This document shows positions 50,689 to 59,854 of a DNA stretch of 64,000 nucleotides, in pieces (the first letter of the stretch is position 1; each line of letters begins with the position of its first letter). The notes beneath the pieces are model-generated. The model saw only the letters and a program-made list of their open reading frames with translations, ran no database searches and was not told the origin of the DNA. The translations under genes were made by a program, and so were the position numbers. This stretch comes from a virus, in the IMG/VR virus record IMGVR_UViG_3300046787_000438, positions 64,001 through 128,000 of that record, one strand, 5' to 3'.

Positions 50689-50868
50689 CCCCGATAGCCA
50701 CAACTCAAAGCCCCTAAGCAGATTGCTTGGGGGTTTTGTTTTGCCCGATTATTTTGCGCCGTGCGTCTGTATTTATTTTTTGTCGCAGAGTTTTCGCCAC
50801 GAACGATTTTGGTTTGCCAAATGTCGGTAGCAGGGTATAGTATCGAACTATCAAAGAAAGGGGACAGA

Positions 50869-51123
50869 ATGTCCAGCAACTATCCAGAGGGGTCAATGCG
50901 TGGTTCGGGTATCTATGCCGAGGACTACACAGGAACTTTTTATTGCTCGGCTTGTGATGATGAATACTCGCTAGATGGAACTACTGACGATTGGGGCTAC
51001 AACGCTTCAGCCGAATGTCCAGACTGCGGTGCGACTTTGGAGGTAGAACTTCCAAGCCGAGAAGAACGAGATGAGGACGCTGATTACGATTCTTATCGTG
51101 ATAGCCAAATGGATTGGAACTAA
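50869..51123 (+). CDS. Zn-ribbon acidic early protein
   Basis: CSAC...CPDC; start set by RBS. Confidence 0.6.
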   Translation: MSSNYPEGSMRGSGIYAEDYTGTFYCSACDDEYSLDGTTDDWGYNASAECPDCGATLEVELPSREERDEDADYDSYRDSQMDWN

Positions 51124-51560
51124 AATGAGTCGTATCGCAAGAGAAAACCCAGAAGCAACATACGAAGAACTTTTTGATTTAGGACTGCGTGGAAGCGTGC
51201 GGGTCAGAGAGGGAGAGCAACTCCACCAATACGATTGCCGTCAATGCGGAGAGATTGTAATGGTAGACCAAGAGCAACACGAACGCTTACAGTATTTCCG
51301 TAGCCACCCAAAAGAGTTTGGGACTAGAACGCCAAAGTGCGGAGATTGTTGGGTGAACTAGCCCACCAAAGTCTTCCCCCGAATAATCAGGAACAGAGAT
51401 TCCGATTCGGGGGATTTTCTTTTGTCTGGTGCGTTTTTATTTTTTAGGTTTGGGTGTATTTATTTTTTGTCCAGCTTCGACACACGCTCGCGGGATTGGT
51501 TTGCGGTTTGCTAGCGCTCGCCGTATGATTAGATTGTTCACAAAAGGAAGGGGTTCCCAA

Positions 51561-51950
51561 ATGGGTTCACGAACAGAATGGATTATCAAGACGAACACTA
51601 GCGATAGTGCGCTTCACCTATACAGCCACTATGGTGGAGAGTCAAAGTTTGAGGATACACAGCAAGCGCTATTCAAGGCTCAGCCTCGCTGGAACGACAT
51701 TAGTTATGGCGCTCGTATCTTCACTAGCCAAATTATTGGCAACGATTGGGGCAGCGAAACTGGATTCGGCATTGCCATTGGTAATGACACAGACAACATG
51801 TTTGAGGAGAGTTACTTTCACGCCGTCATTGACTTTCCAAATCAGTTAGTTACTTTCGGTTCTATGACTTGGACTTTTGATGAGTTCGTGGTTGCCGACA
51901 ACTTTCAAGAGATTCTGGTTGAGGAGTATTGGGCAGAGGTGAGCGTCTAA
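51561..51950 (+). CDS. Phage protein (MG.R...LY.H..G type)
   Basis: AAGGGG RBS. Confidence 0.6.
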   Translation: MGSRTEWIIKTNTSDSALHLYSHYGGESKFEDTQQALFKAQPRWNDISYGARIFTSQIIGNDWGSETGFGIAIGNDTDNMFEESYFHAVIDFPNQLVTFGSMTWTFDEFVVADNFQEILVEEYWAEVSV

Positions 51951-52240
51951 TGGGCGCACTTCACGCTAACGCCATTGCCGCCGATACAGCGATTCCACTA
52001 GAGAAACAACTGGAGTGGCACTTACAAGGTAATCACTTTCCGCCGATTCCAAAATCTATGGTCATTCCATGCGAGGAAGCGATTCAGGCTTTCTGGGAAG
52101 ATGACTTAGAGAGGTTGATTAGTCTTCCAGATGGAGTTGGATACAAAGGTTTGACAGTTGCCCCTGCGAGGGCGATTATTATCGAACACCACCTAGACGC
52201 CTGGTGCGTTGAGTATGACGAAGAGGATTCAGACTTCTAG
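51950..52240 (+). CDS. Phage protein (HLQGNHFPP)
   Basis: TAATG coupling. Confidence 0.6.
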   Translation: MGALHANAIAADTAIPLEKQLEWHLQGNHFPPIPKSMVIPCEEAIQAFWEDDLERLISLPDGVGYKGLTVAPARAIIIEHHLDAWCVEYDEEDSDF

Positions 52241-52262
52241 TCAATAAGAGATAGACCCCGTC

Positions 52263-52370
52263 AGCGATTAGCATTGACGCTAATCGCTTTCGGCTTGCTA
52301 GGGTTTATCCCCCTTTTCCCTAGCATGCGGGTAGCAGATTCCCCCCTTTTCTGCTACCCGCTTTTCTTTT
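52263..52370 (+). ncRNA. Triple-hairpin element with C-rich loops ending in terminator
   Basis: Three perfect stems (10, 8, 12 bp); loops ATTGAC, TTTATCCCCCTTTT, TTCCCCCCTTT. Confidence 0.65.
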
Positions 52371-52518
52371 TGCCGTTTTGTTTTTCTTTTTTTTTGTTTT
52401 ACAAAGTGTATTTATTTTTTGTCTGTCAGATCAAAGCGCCGTTCGCAAAGGTGGAAAATGTCAGAGGATTTTAGTAAAGTTGTAGTAGTTGGAAGTTCCA
52501 ACAGATAAGGGGGCAGAG

Positions 52519-52881
52519 ATGCCAAAGACAGCAGTCATTGTGACTACCAAGGCGGAGGTCAGCATTATTGACATTGCCGAAGGTTCACTAAAGAAATTAC
52601 AAAGCGCCGTAGATGGCTTGATTCAGCCAATCGACCTAGACGCAAATGTGACTATGTGGGTGAACGAAGAGGGCTTGCTACGCAGTGACCTTGAGATGAA
52701 CGACATTGCCACAAGCCTTTACGCTCAAATGTATGACATCACTAACCCACTAATGGGAGATGTTGTCTTCACTGGTGGCACAGATGGAGAGGGCGAAACG
52801 CTCGGACTAGGCGACGACTATGTGAACGCAATCTACGCCCTAGTCGATAACTACAAACAGGTTATGTCGCAGTTCGCATAA
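52519..52881 (+). CDS. DUF3846-like protein
   Basis: LQSAVDGLIQ, MWVNEEG, N..AT, GDVVF.G. Confidence 0.7.
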   Translation: MPKTAVIVTTKAEVSIIDIAEGSLKKLQSAVDGLIQPIDLDANVTMWVNEEGLLRSDLEMNDIATSLYAQMYDITNPLMGDVVFTGGTDGEGETLGLGDDYVNAIYALVDNYKQVMSQFA

Positions 52882-53057
52882 CTAACAAAGACACAGCCCC
52901 TCGCAGAAATGCGGGGGGTTTCTTTTTACCCTAAACAAAAACTTTACGCGCTCGCGGGGTGTATTTATTTTTTGTCAAGCTGCCGTATTATGCGCCGTGA
53001 AAAGTTTGCGCTTGTCAGAGGTTGGTGGTAGGTTTGGAACAAGGAAAGGGGACAGAG

Positions 53058-54111
53058 ATGTCAATGCTAAAGACTAAGAACTACAACGCAGAGTTTGCGT
53101 TCGAGCAAGTCATTCGCCTAGTAGGTGGCGCAAGCGAGTATGGCGACAGCACCAAGGCTAGTATCTGGGCAGAGTGCCACAACAACGAAACTATCGAGAT
53201 GTTGGCGGGTATGTATCTGGTTGGTTCATCAGAGCGTGCGGAACGCAACCTTGCTCGTCTAAACGATAAGTTGCGACAGGTATTCGGTATCTAATGGCTA
53301 TGACTTATCAAGAGCGTAAAGCCAAGGGCTTGCGACAGCGTGCGGAGTATCGTAATCGTCTACACCACGCAGAACACCTTGCCGTAATGTTTCGTGGGTT
53401 CGGTATTGGATTTAGTTTTATTACAGTAATGACAGCCGTTGCTGGAGTTCACGGAACTTTAGCGATTGCGTTGTTCATTATGTTTATGTTGATTGCTGGT
53501 TCAGGTTTTATTGGCGCAGAACACATTATGTTTTGGGCAGAGCAAAGCCGTTATCCAAAGAGTCGCCGTAGAACTTTACGAAGCGAGTTCGCAGATGAGT
53601 GGCGTAGATTTAGACAGTACCGAAAAGTAGAAAAGGGTTAGAAGTGAAAATGGTAACGATAGGTGACTCGGTTGCCTCGCTAGAAGTTAGAAATAACGCA
53701 GACAATACTGGACTAGAACTAGAAGTTTGGGTCACTAAGCGTGTTGGCTCGTTCTATGCTCTATTGGGCTACGGAGTATTCGGAGTGCCATTAGGCATGA
53801 GTGAAGTAGATTTCTACACAGATACCCTATACCCGATTATGAAGAGCGCACCCCTCACCACAAGTCAGCCAAGCCGAATGGCGTTGGATTTTGATGGCTC
53901 TATGAAAAGAGCAGAGGCACACATAATCAGCCATAGAAACAACCACCCATTCTCAAATAAAACTCGGTCTGTATCCCCTGAAGAGGGCTTAGCAAAAATG
54001 CTAGGCGCAGGGGCAAAATACTTGACTATTTTGGCGGAGATAAATGGAGTTACGCCACGCACTATGGAAACTATGCGTAAGAGGTCAAAAGAGTATTACG
54101 CAAAACAATAA
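53058..54111 (+). other. Cassette of three hypothetical genes (53058-53294, 53294-53641 membrane, 53644-54111)
   Basis: RBS and coupled junctions. Confidence 0.6.
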
Positions 54112-54313
54112 GAGTTAGCCCCCCACTAACAAAAGCCCCCATTATGTTCATTCATAGTGGGGGTTTTGTTTTGCTCGAAGCGTTTTGTGTTTTTTTACAC
54201 TCGCCGTGTATTTATTTTTTGTCTATATGTGGGGCAACTTTTTACGGAGCGCCGTAAGATGTTTGATTTATTTGGTTTATAGGATACGATTGAACTACAT
54301 AGAAGGGGAGCAA

Positions 54314-55000
54314 ATGCTAGTAAACAACAAAATGATGTCTTATAGGACTACACCGACTGAAAAATTGCTGGGCACAGTAAACAAGTATGCCGTGATTGGC
54401 TACCTAGAGGGAATAAAGACTTTAGTTTCAGATAGCGAAACACTAATCAAGGCGCAGGAGCAGAAGTTCACTGACGCAATAGTAAAAGCGGAGGCGCAAG
54501 TTTCTGAGTGGGAAGCCGAGTATATTCAACTACATACAAAGGCATTGCGAGCAGAACTTAAGCGTAAACTCGAAGCACCGACCAGCGCTACTCATTGGCT
54601 GAGTGCCGAGGAGATTCGTCTGCCTATCAGAGATGAAGTAATCTCTAACGAGATTGCTGAACTTTTAAAGCGCCGCCCTGATTATCGAACTTATCAGATT
54701 GCTAGGGGAGATGTCGGAGCGCCTCATGACATTCAGTATTCTAGAGCGTGGAGCAAAGGCAATAAGACTTTGGTAGGTATAAATAGACTCACCACGCGCC
54801 GTGTGGAGCAGTGGCAAGCCTCACTAGATAGTCTGATTTCTGACCTAAAGGATAGAAACAAGCAAGAAGTTTACATAGCGCAGGTTATGGAACTCAAGCG
54901 CACCACAGCAACTATTCTTGCGAACTGGGGTATAGATACCACCAAGACTGAGCGCAAGGACAGGGATAAACCAAAGCCACGAAGCAAAACTAAAAAGTAA
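54314..55000 (+). CDS. Hypothetical early protein
   Basis: GAAGGGGAG RBS. Confidence 0.6.
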   Translation: MLVNNKMMSYRTTPTEKLLGTVNKYAVIGYLEGIKTLVSDSETLIKAQEQKFTDAIVKAEAQVSEWEAEYIQLHTKALRAELKRKLEAPTSATHWLSAEEIRLPIRDEVISNEIAELLKRRPDYRTYQIARGDVGAPHDIQYSRAWSKGNKTLVGINRLTTRRVEQWQASLDSLISDLKDRNKQEVYIAQVMELKRTTATILANWGIDTTKTERKDRDKPKPRSKTKK

Positions 55001-55163
55001 CAACCAAAGACCCAAGCCCCGCTAGATTTCTGGCGGGGTTTCTTTTTATCGTGCTATTCGTGTATTTATTTTTTGTCTGAAGCCCGCCGCAACTTTTGAT
55101 GAGAGTTGCGAAGTGTCACAGACCTAGGGTAAGATTTAAGTATCAAAGAAAGGGGAAGCGATT

Positions 55164-55892
55164 ATGGCAAAGCCAAGCGTTTCAGCAGTAAAAGAATGGG
55201 ACACAGTTTACGAGAGTGACCTAGTCGAACTCGCAGTAGGGACAGCAGTATTTGCCGAGGACTACTGGCGTATGACGAATGTTGTTACTGGCAAGAAGAA
55301 GTATTTCTATGGCGAACTTGCGTGGGCAGATTCACGCCGAGAAGCAAGCGACCTAGACTTTGAGGCGTGGAACGTATGAACGAGTTGAAGCGTTGCCCAA
55401 AGTGCGCTGGACACATTCCGAACAACAAGACCCCTGGGGCATACCCTGGTGCGATTTCACGCCGAGACAACACGACAGAGATTTGTTCAGCGTGCGGAAC
55501 AATGGAAGCGCTGGAAGATTTCTTTGAGCGTGAAAAGGTTGGTGCGTAATGGCAACAACCTTAGAGCAGACAACTTGCTACAAGTGCGAAGCCGAGATTG
55601 AGGCAGAGGTTGGGCAGGTTCACCCTTTGTGTTCAGAGTGCCAAGACGATTTCGATAGTTGGTTCAATAGCCAGTTAGGAATGTTCAAGTGAGCAAGCAA
55701 GTATTTTTTGTTATTGGCGTTGATTTAGATGACAAAGAGGTTTTTATCGCAGATGACACTTATTCAGCGCGGTTCAGCGAAGACGAGCAAGTCTGGGACA
55801 CCGACATAAACGAATGGGTTGAAGATGAAGATAGGAAACACTATCTTGACGCATTAGACCTTTTGAACAATAAAAAGTTAGCAAGAGATTAG
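55164..55892 (+). other. Cassette of four small genes, including two Zn-finger mini-proteins
   Basis: 55164-55379, ~55376-55549 (CPKC..CSAC), ~55549-55692, 55689-55892. Confidence 0.55.
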
Positions 55893-56098
55893 ATTTCTGC
55901 CCCCCCCCCCTAAAAGAAAAAGCGCTCGCCGAAAGGGGGGCGTTTTTTTTTGCGTGCGGGAGATTTATTCGAGTCCCGTGTGTATTTATTTTTTGTCGAA
56001 GTTTAGGGGAGCGCCGTTGAGGAGTTTGCGTTTATCGTTGGTTGCTTGTATAGTTATAGATGTCAGGAAAACTTGACACTAAGTAGGGAGATAGAAAA

Positions 56099-56323
56099 AT
56101 GAAGTTTTACATTCGCAGAGCAGTAGTCGGAGTTATCGCAGTTCCAGTTGTCGCAGGTCTTTACACTTTTGCTTACCTATGGTTGGTAATCGCAGGGGGA
56201 GAGCCTAACGTTTCAAGTGAAGAAGTATTCAACAATGGGTTGTGGCTAGGCGCGTTGATTGCCGTAATGCTTACATTCTCACCGCAGGTTTCTAAGTTGC
56301 TAAACAGAATTGTGGGTGCGTAA
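56099..56323 (+). CDS. Small membrane protein
   Basis: Two TM segments, GGGAG RBS. Confidence 0.6.
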   Translation: MKFYIRRAVVGVIAVPVVAGLYTFAYLWLVIAGGEPNVSSEEVFNNGLWLGALIAVMLTFSPQVSKLLNRIVGA

Positions 56324-56694
56324 TGAGCAACGCCGATTGGGCATTATTGTTTGGAGTAGTGAGCCTATCAGTTGGTTCATTCCTATTAGGTTTCGTGATT
56401 AGCGGATTGCCAAAGCGTGAGGGTCGTAATGGTCGCCACGCAAATGGCAGGGGTCGCCACACGAGTTAGAGTTGTCCCCCTACAACAAAATAAGAAACCT
56501 CACGAGTGTTCATTCCTCGTGGGTTTTCTTTTTGTTTGGGTTGGCGTTCGTTGTTTTTTTCTGCCGAGTGTATTTATTTTTTGTCGCGCTCGCTGCGGGC
56601 AACAACTCGCCGTTCGTGAAAAGTTTGGGAATGTCGTAGGTAGTTAGTAAAATAGAACTATCCCAAAAGGGACAAAAGGAAAAGGGGAAACAGA

Positions 56695-57027
56695 ATGTCA
56701 AGAGTTGCTAACTATCAGATAAATGGTTTGATTCAAAAGTTTCAAGAGTTTGTGAACTACAACGGAACTATTACTGCCGAGATAGATGACAAGGGGATTT
56801 ACCGTATTACGCATTGGCGAACTACTATCCTCGAATACGATGTCTACAACCACCAGATTGTTTCGCTAACATACGGATACATTAGCCAGACAACCAGCAC
56901 ACTAGTCGGTCGTATCTTGCGCTCGCTACCGCAACCAGCCGTTGAGAACTATCTAGGCTATTTCTCACCGTCAGCCGAGAAGCGTCGCTTAGTGAAGATG
57001 TTGAACACTAGGGCTTACGCCTACTAA
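56695..57027 (+). CDS. Hypothetical early protein
   Basis: AAAGGGG RBS; YISQTTS motif. Confidence 0.65.
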   Translation: MSRVANYQINGLIQKFQEFVNYNGTITAEIDDKGIYRITHWRTTILEYDVYNHQIVSLTYGYISQTTSTLVGRILRSLPQPAVENYLGYFSPSAEKRRLVKMLNTRAYAY

Positions 57028-57236
57028 CCACCAATACAAAGAAGCACCCGTCAGAAGTGGCGGGTGTTTTTTTATTTGTGCGGGAGATTTGTTTGCCGCA
57101 GCGTGTATTTATTTTTTGTCTGAGGTGCGACACGGTTCGTGAAAAGTTTGGAATACGATTTGACTTTTGGTTCGATAGCGATAAACTTGAGTTATCAAGT
57201 AAACCGCTTGATAGAGAAAGATAAAGGGGATACAAA

Positions 57237-57488
57237 ATGTCAGCAGTTCTAACCACCCAGAACATCGTTACCGTAGTTGCTAAGGTCGTAGACATCAACA
57301 CAGGCGAAACCATTGAGCCAGTTTACGAAGCATACGGATACGAGAAGTTTCAGGAGTTCGTGGACTTTTACCGCAAGCAGAACTACATCAACAAGATTGT
57401 TTGGGTTCGTGGCTTTGGATACAACGACGAGAACGGCGCAAGCCAAGTTCTAGCAACCGAGTTCGTTGGCGTTGGAAGTTTCGAGTAA
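57237..57488 (+). CDS. Hypothetical early protein
   Basis: AAAGGGG RBS. Confidence 0.6.
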   Translation: MSAVLTTQNIVTVVAKVVDINTGETIEPVYEAYGYEKFQEFVDFYRKQNYINKIVWVRGFGYNDENGASQVLATEFVGVGSFE

Positions 57489-57809
57489 TGGAGACCCTAG
57501 AGAGCCTACTAGAGGGGGTAGCGTTTGAGATTGAGAACGAAACAGGAATACCGATAGAGGTTATCTTTGAGGGAAACCTAATCACCATCAAGCAAGGCTA
57601 ACCACAGAGAGAAGCCCCCAAGCCGAAAGGCTAGGGGGTCTTTCTTTTGCCGTAGTTGGCTTTGGCGTTTTTTGTTCCCGTGCCTGTATTTATTTTTTGT
57701 CGAAACCGACACGCCCAGCCGTAAAAAGATTTGACTTATTTTGGAATAGCGTTTAGGCTGATTACATCAGCAAAAGTTGATACACACAAAAAGAAAAAGG
57801 GGCTACAAA

Positions 57810-58154
57810 ATGACCACCACCACCACCCAGAACGCAACCACCACCAAGGCAACCAAGGTTGTTCTTGAGCAGGTAAAGCAGTTGGTCGAAGTTCGTGCCG
57901 AGATTGCTCGCCTAGAGAAGATGAAGGTCGCATTGACCTCCCAGATTGAGGGCGTGTTTGGTGTAGACAAGGAAGCCAAGACTGCCGAGTTCACTACCTT
58001 GACCCACAACGGCATTGAGTTTGCTCGCATTGACCTACGCACTCGCAAGGGTGTAGATACCGAGAAACTTGCCGTAGAGTTCCCAGAAGCCTACGAGGCT
58101 TGCTTTGACCCAGAGATGACCAAGTATTTCCAGATTGTGAGCCTCTACAAGTAA
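57810..58154 (+). CDS. Early protein, paralog of 49554..49892
   Basis: TLTHNGIE, EKLAVEFPEAYEAC. Confidence 0.7.
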   Translation: MTTTTTQNATTTKATKVVLEQVKQLVEVRAEIARLEKMKVALTSQIEGVFGVDKEAKTAEFTTLTHNGIEFARIDLRTRKGVDTEKLAVEFPEAYEACFDPEMTKYFQIVSLYK

Positions 58155-58528
58155 GCCACTAGCCAAGAAGCCCCTGCCGTTAGTTCGGTAGGGGTTTTTT
58201 GCTTGCCGAGGCACTTGATTGGTGTCAAGGGGGGCTAGACAGAAAATAAATACACAGGGCAGGGCTCTATTCACTCATAGGGCTTGCCCGTAGAGAGTTC
58301 CACCAGATAGAGCAGGGGCAGGACATACATAGACCACACAAGACCCATCAAGATAGTCGCCCACCATTCTTTAGCCCCTAGAAGCCTCATAGAAGCCACA
58401 GGCATAGCCTTAGCCACCAGATACCCACCAAGACCCCTAGAAGTCCACAGAGGCACTCATAGCCCAGAGCAGGGAGATAGCCACACAGAGGGGGGGGGTG
58501 TCTATTAGTTCACAGTCATAGACATACA

Positions 58529-58598
58529 ACACATCACACATCACAGCCCAGAGCAAGAGAGCAACACACATCACACATCACACATCACACATCACACA
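58529..58598 (+). repeat. Tandem heptamer CACACAT (about 5 copies 58565-58598, about 2 copies 58529-58545)
   Basis: Read directly from sequence. Confidence 0.9.
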
Positions 58599-58893
58599 AG
58601 CACTCAGGTAGAAGCACAGAGAAACTTTTTTATTGCTAGTGAAATGTTTGAAGCACATCAGTAATGAACGCAGACCCCTTCCGTTTTTGGAAACAAATCA
58701 ACACGCACCGAAAATATACCGCTGCCTTCTCACCCGCCAAAAGCAGTAGACGTTAAGGTACTAAATCTTCCGTTACCGTACACTCCCCCTCTTTTAATAA
58801 ACGCCCCTACCCCCCTTCTTTTTGGAGGACAAAAAATTTCCAAAAAATTTTTTAAAAAATTTACGTAAAGGTGCCTAGTGGTAGGATTAGCTC

Positions 58894-59844
58894 ATGCATG
58901 ACACTAGAAAAGACGCGTTATCCATCGCAAAAAACGTCTTAACTGATCCCATCACATATAGAGATATGACTGAGTTCATCATAAATGGGGTAAACACTGA
59001 GTTCATGCATAAAGAGGATCCGCACAATGACTACATACCAAATAATAAAGGTTTGCGTGGCCCCGATATAGCCTTAGCCGATATTGTGACCATAGGATGC
59101 TCGCAAACCTTCGGAGTCGGGGTACAAGAAGAGCAGACCTGGCCAGCTGTCTTATCCAAGATGACAAATAAGTCTTATGTCAACCTGGGAACACCAGGGA
59201 TATCTCCACAAGCTATGGTGAACTCGGCGATAGCGTACGTCCGTGATTTTGGTATGCCAAAATATGTATGCGCAAATTTTCCTAGCTTATTTAGATTCAC
59301 TCTGCCAACAAAGTCAGATCTACTCATCTACCAAGATCCAGGGAATTACGCAACAGACACCCCCCGTACCGACGTCTATAACATGAATCTGCTACCAGAC
59401 GGGGGGTTCTCTCGCGGATATGCGCAGGAGTGGCCGAGCTACTCTAAGAGACCTCACAAGATTCGAGAGGTACTCCCAAATGAGGTAGCGCTCTATCTAT
59501 CTATGATGGCAATCAATCATCTAATAGAATTCTGCAGCGCCGCTGGGATACAACTGCTATTCACAACTTGGTACCTAGAGACTCAAGAATTCTTAGATGA
59601 GAAGGCGAGGCGGTCAGCGGACCCATACCTACACGACGACAAGCTAGACATGTCCTCTTACATGCCACTACCCGAACTTGAGAGATTCCCCGCTCATGCG
59701 CGGGAGCTTCTTTGCCATTCCGATCACCCTAAAACCATCTCTTGGCATGAAGGTACCGATATAAGCCAGCATATGGGCGTTCATCAGCACCTACACTATG
59801 CAGAACTATTCGCAGCTAGAATAAACGCCCCTACTAGCTACTAA
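58894..59844 (+). CDS. SGNH-like family protein (paralog 6)
   Basis: NNKGLRG, IGCSQTFGVG, NLGTPG, D..QHMGVHQH. Confidence 0.6.
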   Translation: MHDTRKDALSIAKNVLTDPITYRDMTEFIINGVNTEFMHKEDPHNDYIPNNKGLRGPDIALADIVTIGCSQTFGVGVQEEQTWPAVLSKMTNKSYVNLGTPGISPQAMVNSAIAYVRDFGMPKYVCANFPSLFRFTLPTKSDLLIYQDPGNYATDTPRTDVYNMNLLPDGGFSRGYAQEWPSYSKRPHKIREVLPNEVALYLSMMAINHLIEFCSAAGIQLLFTTWYLETQEFLDEKARRSADPYLHDDKLDMSSYMPLPELERFPAHARELLCHSDHPKTISWHEGTDISQHMGVHQHLHYAELFAARINAPTSY

Positions 59845-59854
59845 AATAACTACT

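Larger units (their letters stand above)
44647..58254 (+). repeat. Dispersed 17-bp repeat TGTATTTATTTTTTGTC: 14 exact direct copies plus one inverted copy
   Basis: Starts at 44647, 45325, 49437, 49941, 50768, 51455, 52407, 52960, 54207, 55061, 55981, 56569, 57104, 57685; inverted 1-mismatch copy 58238-58254. Confidence 0.95.

Noticed and set aside
52274-52474. 66-aa Phe-rich ORF and similar N-terminal extensions containing VYLFFV
   Set aside because: These are translations of terminators and the 17-mer; true starts follow the G-rich RBS
44647-57701. CRISPR array interpretation of the 17-mer repeats
   Set aside because: Spacing is 0.5-4 kb and the intervals are genes; no cas genes in the window
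44647-58254. Classical integron (attC) interpretation
   Set aside because: The repeat is not palindromic, lacks RYYYAAC/GTTRRRY ends, cassettes have their own promoters, and no integrase is seen
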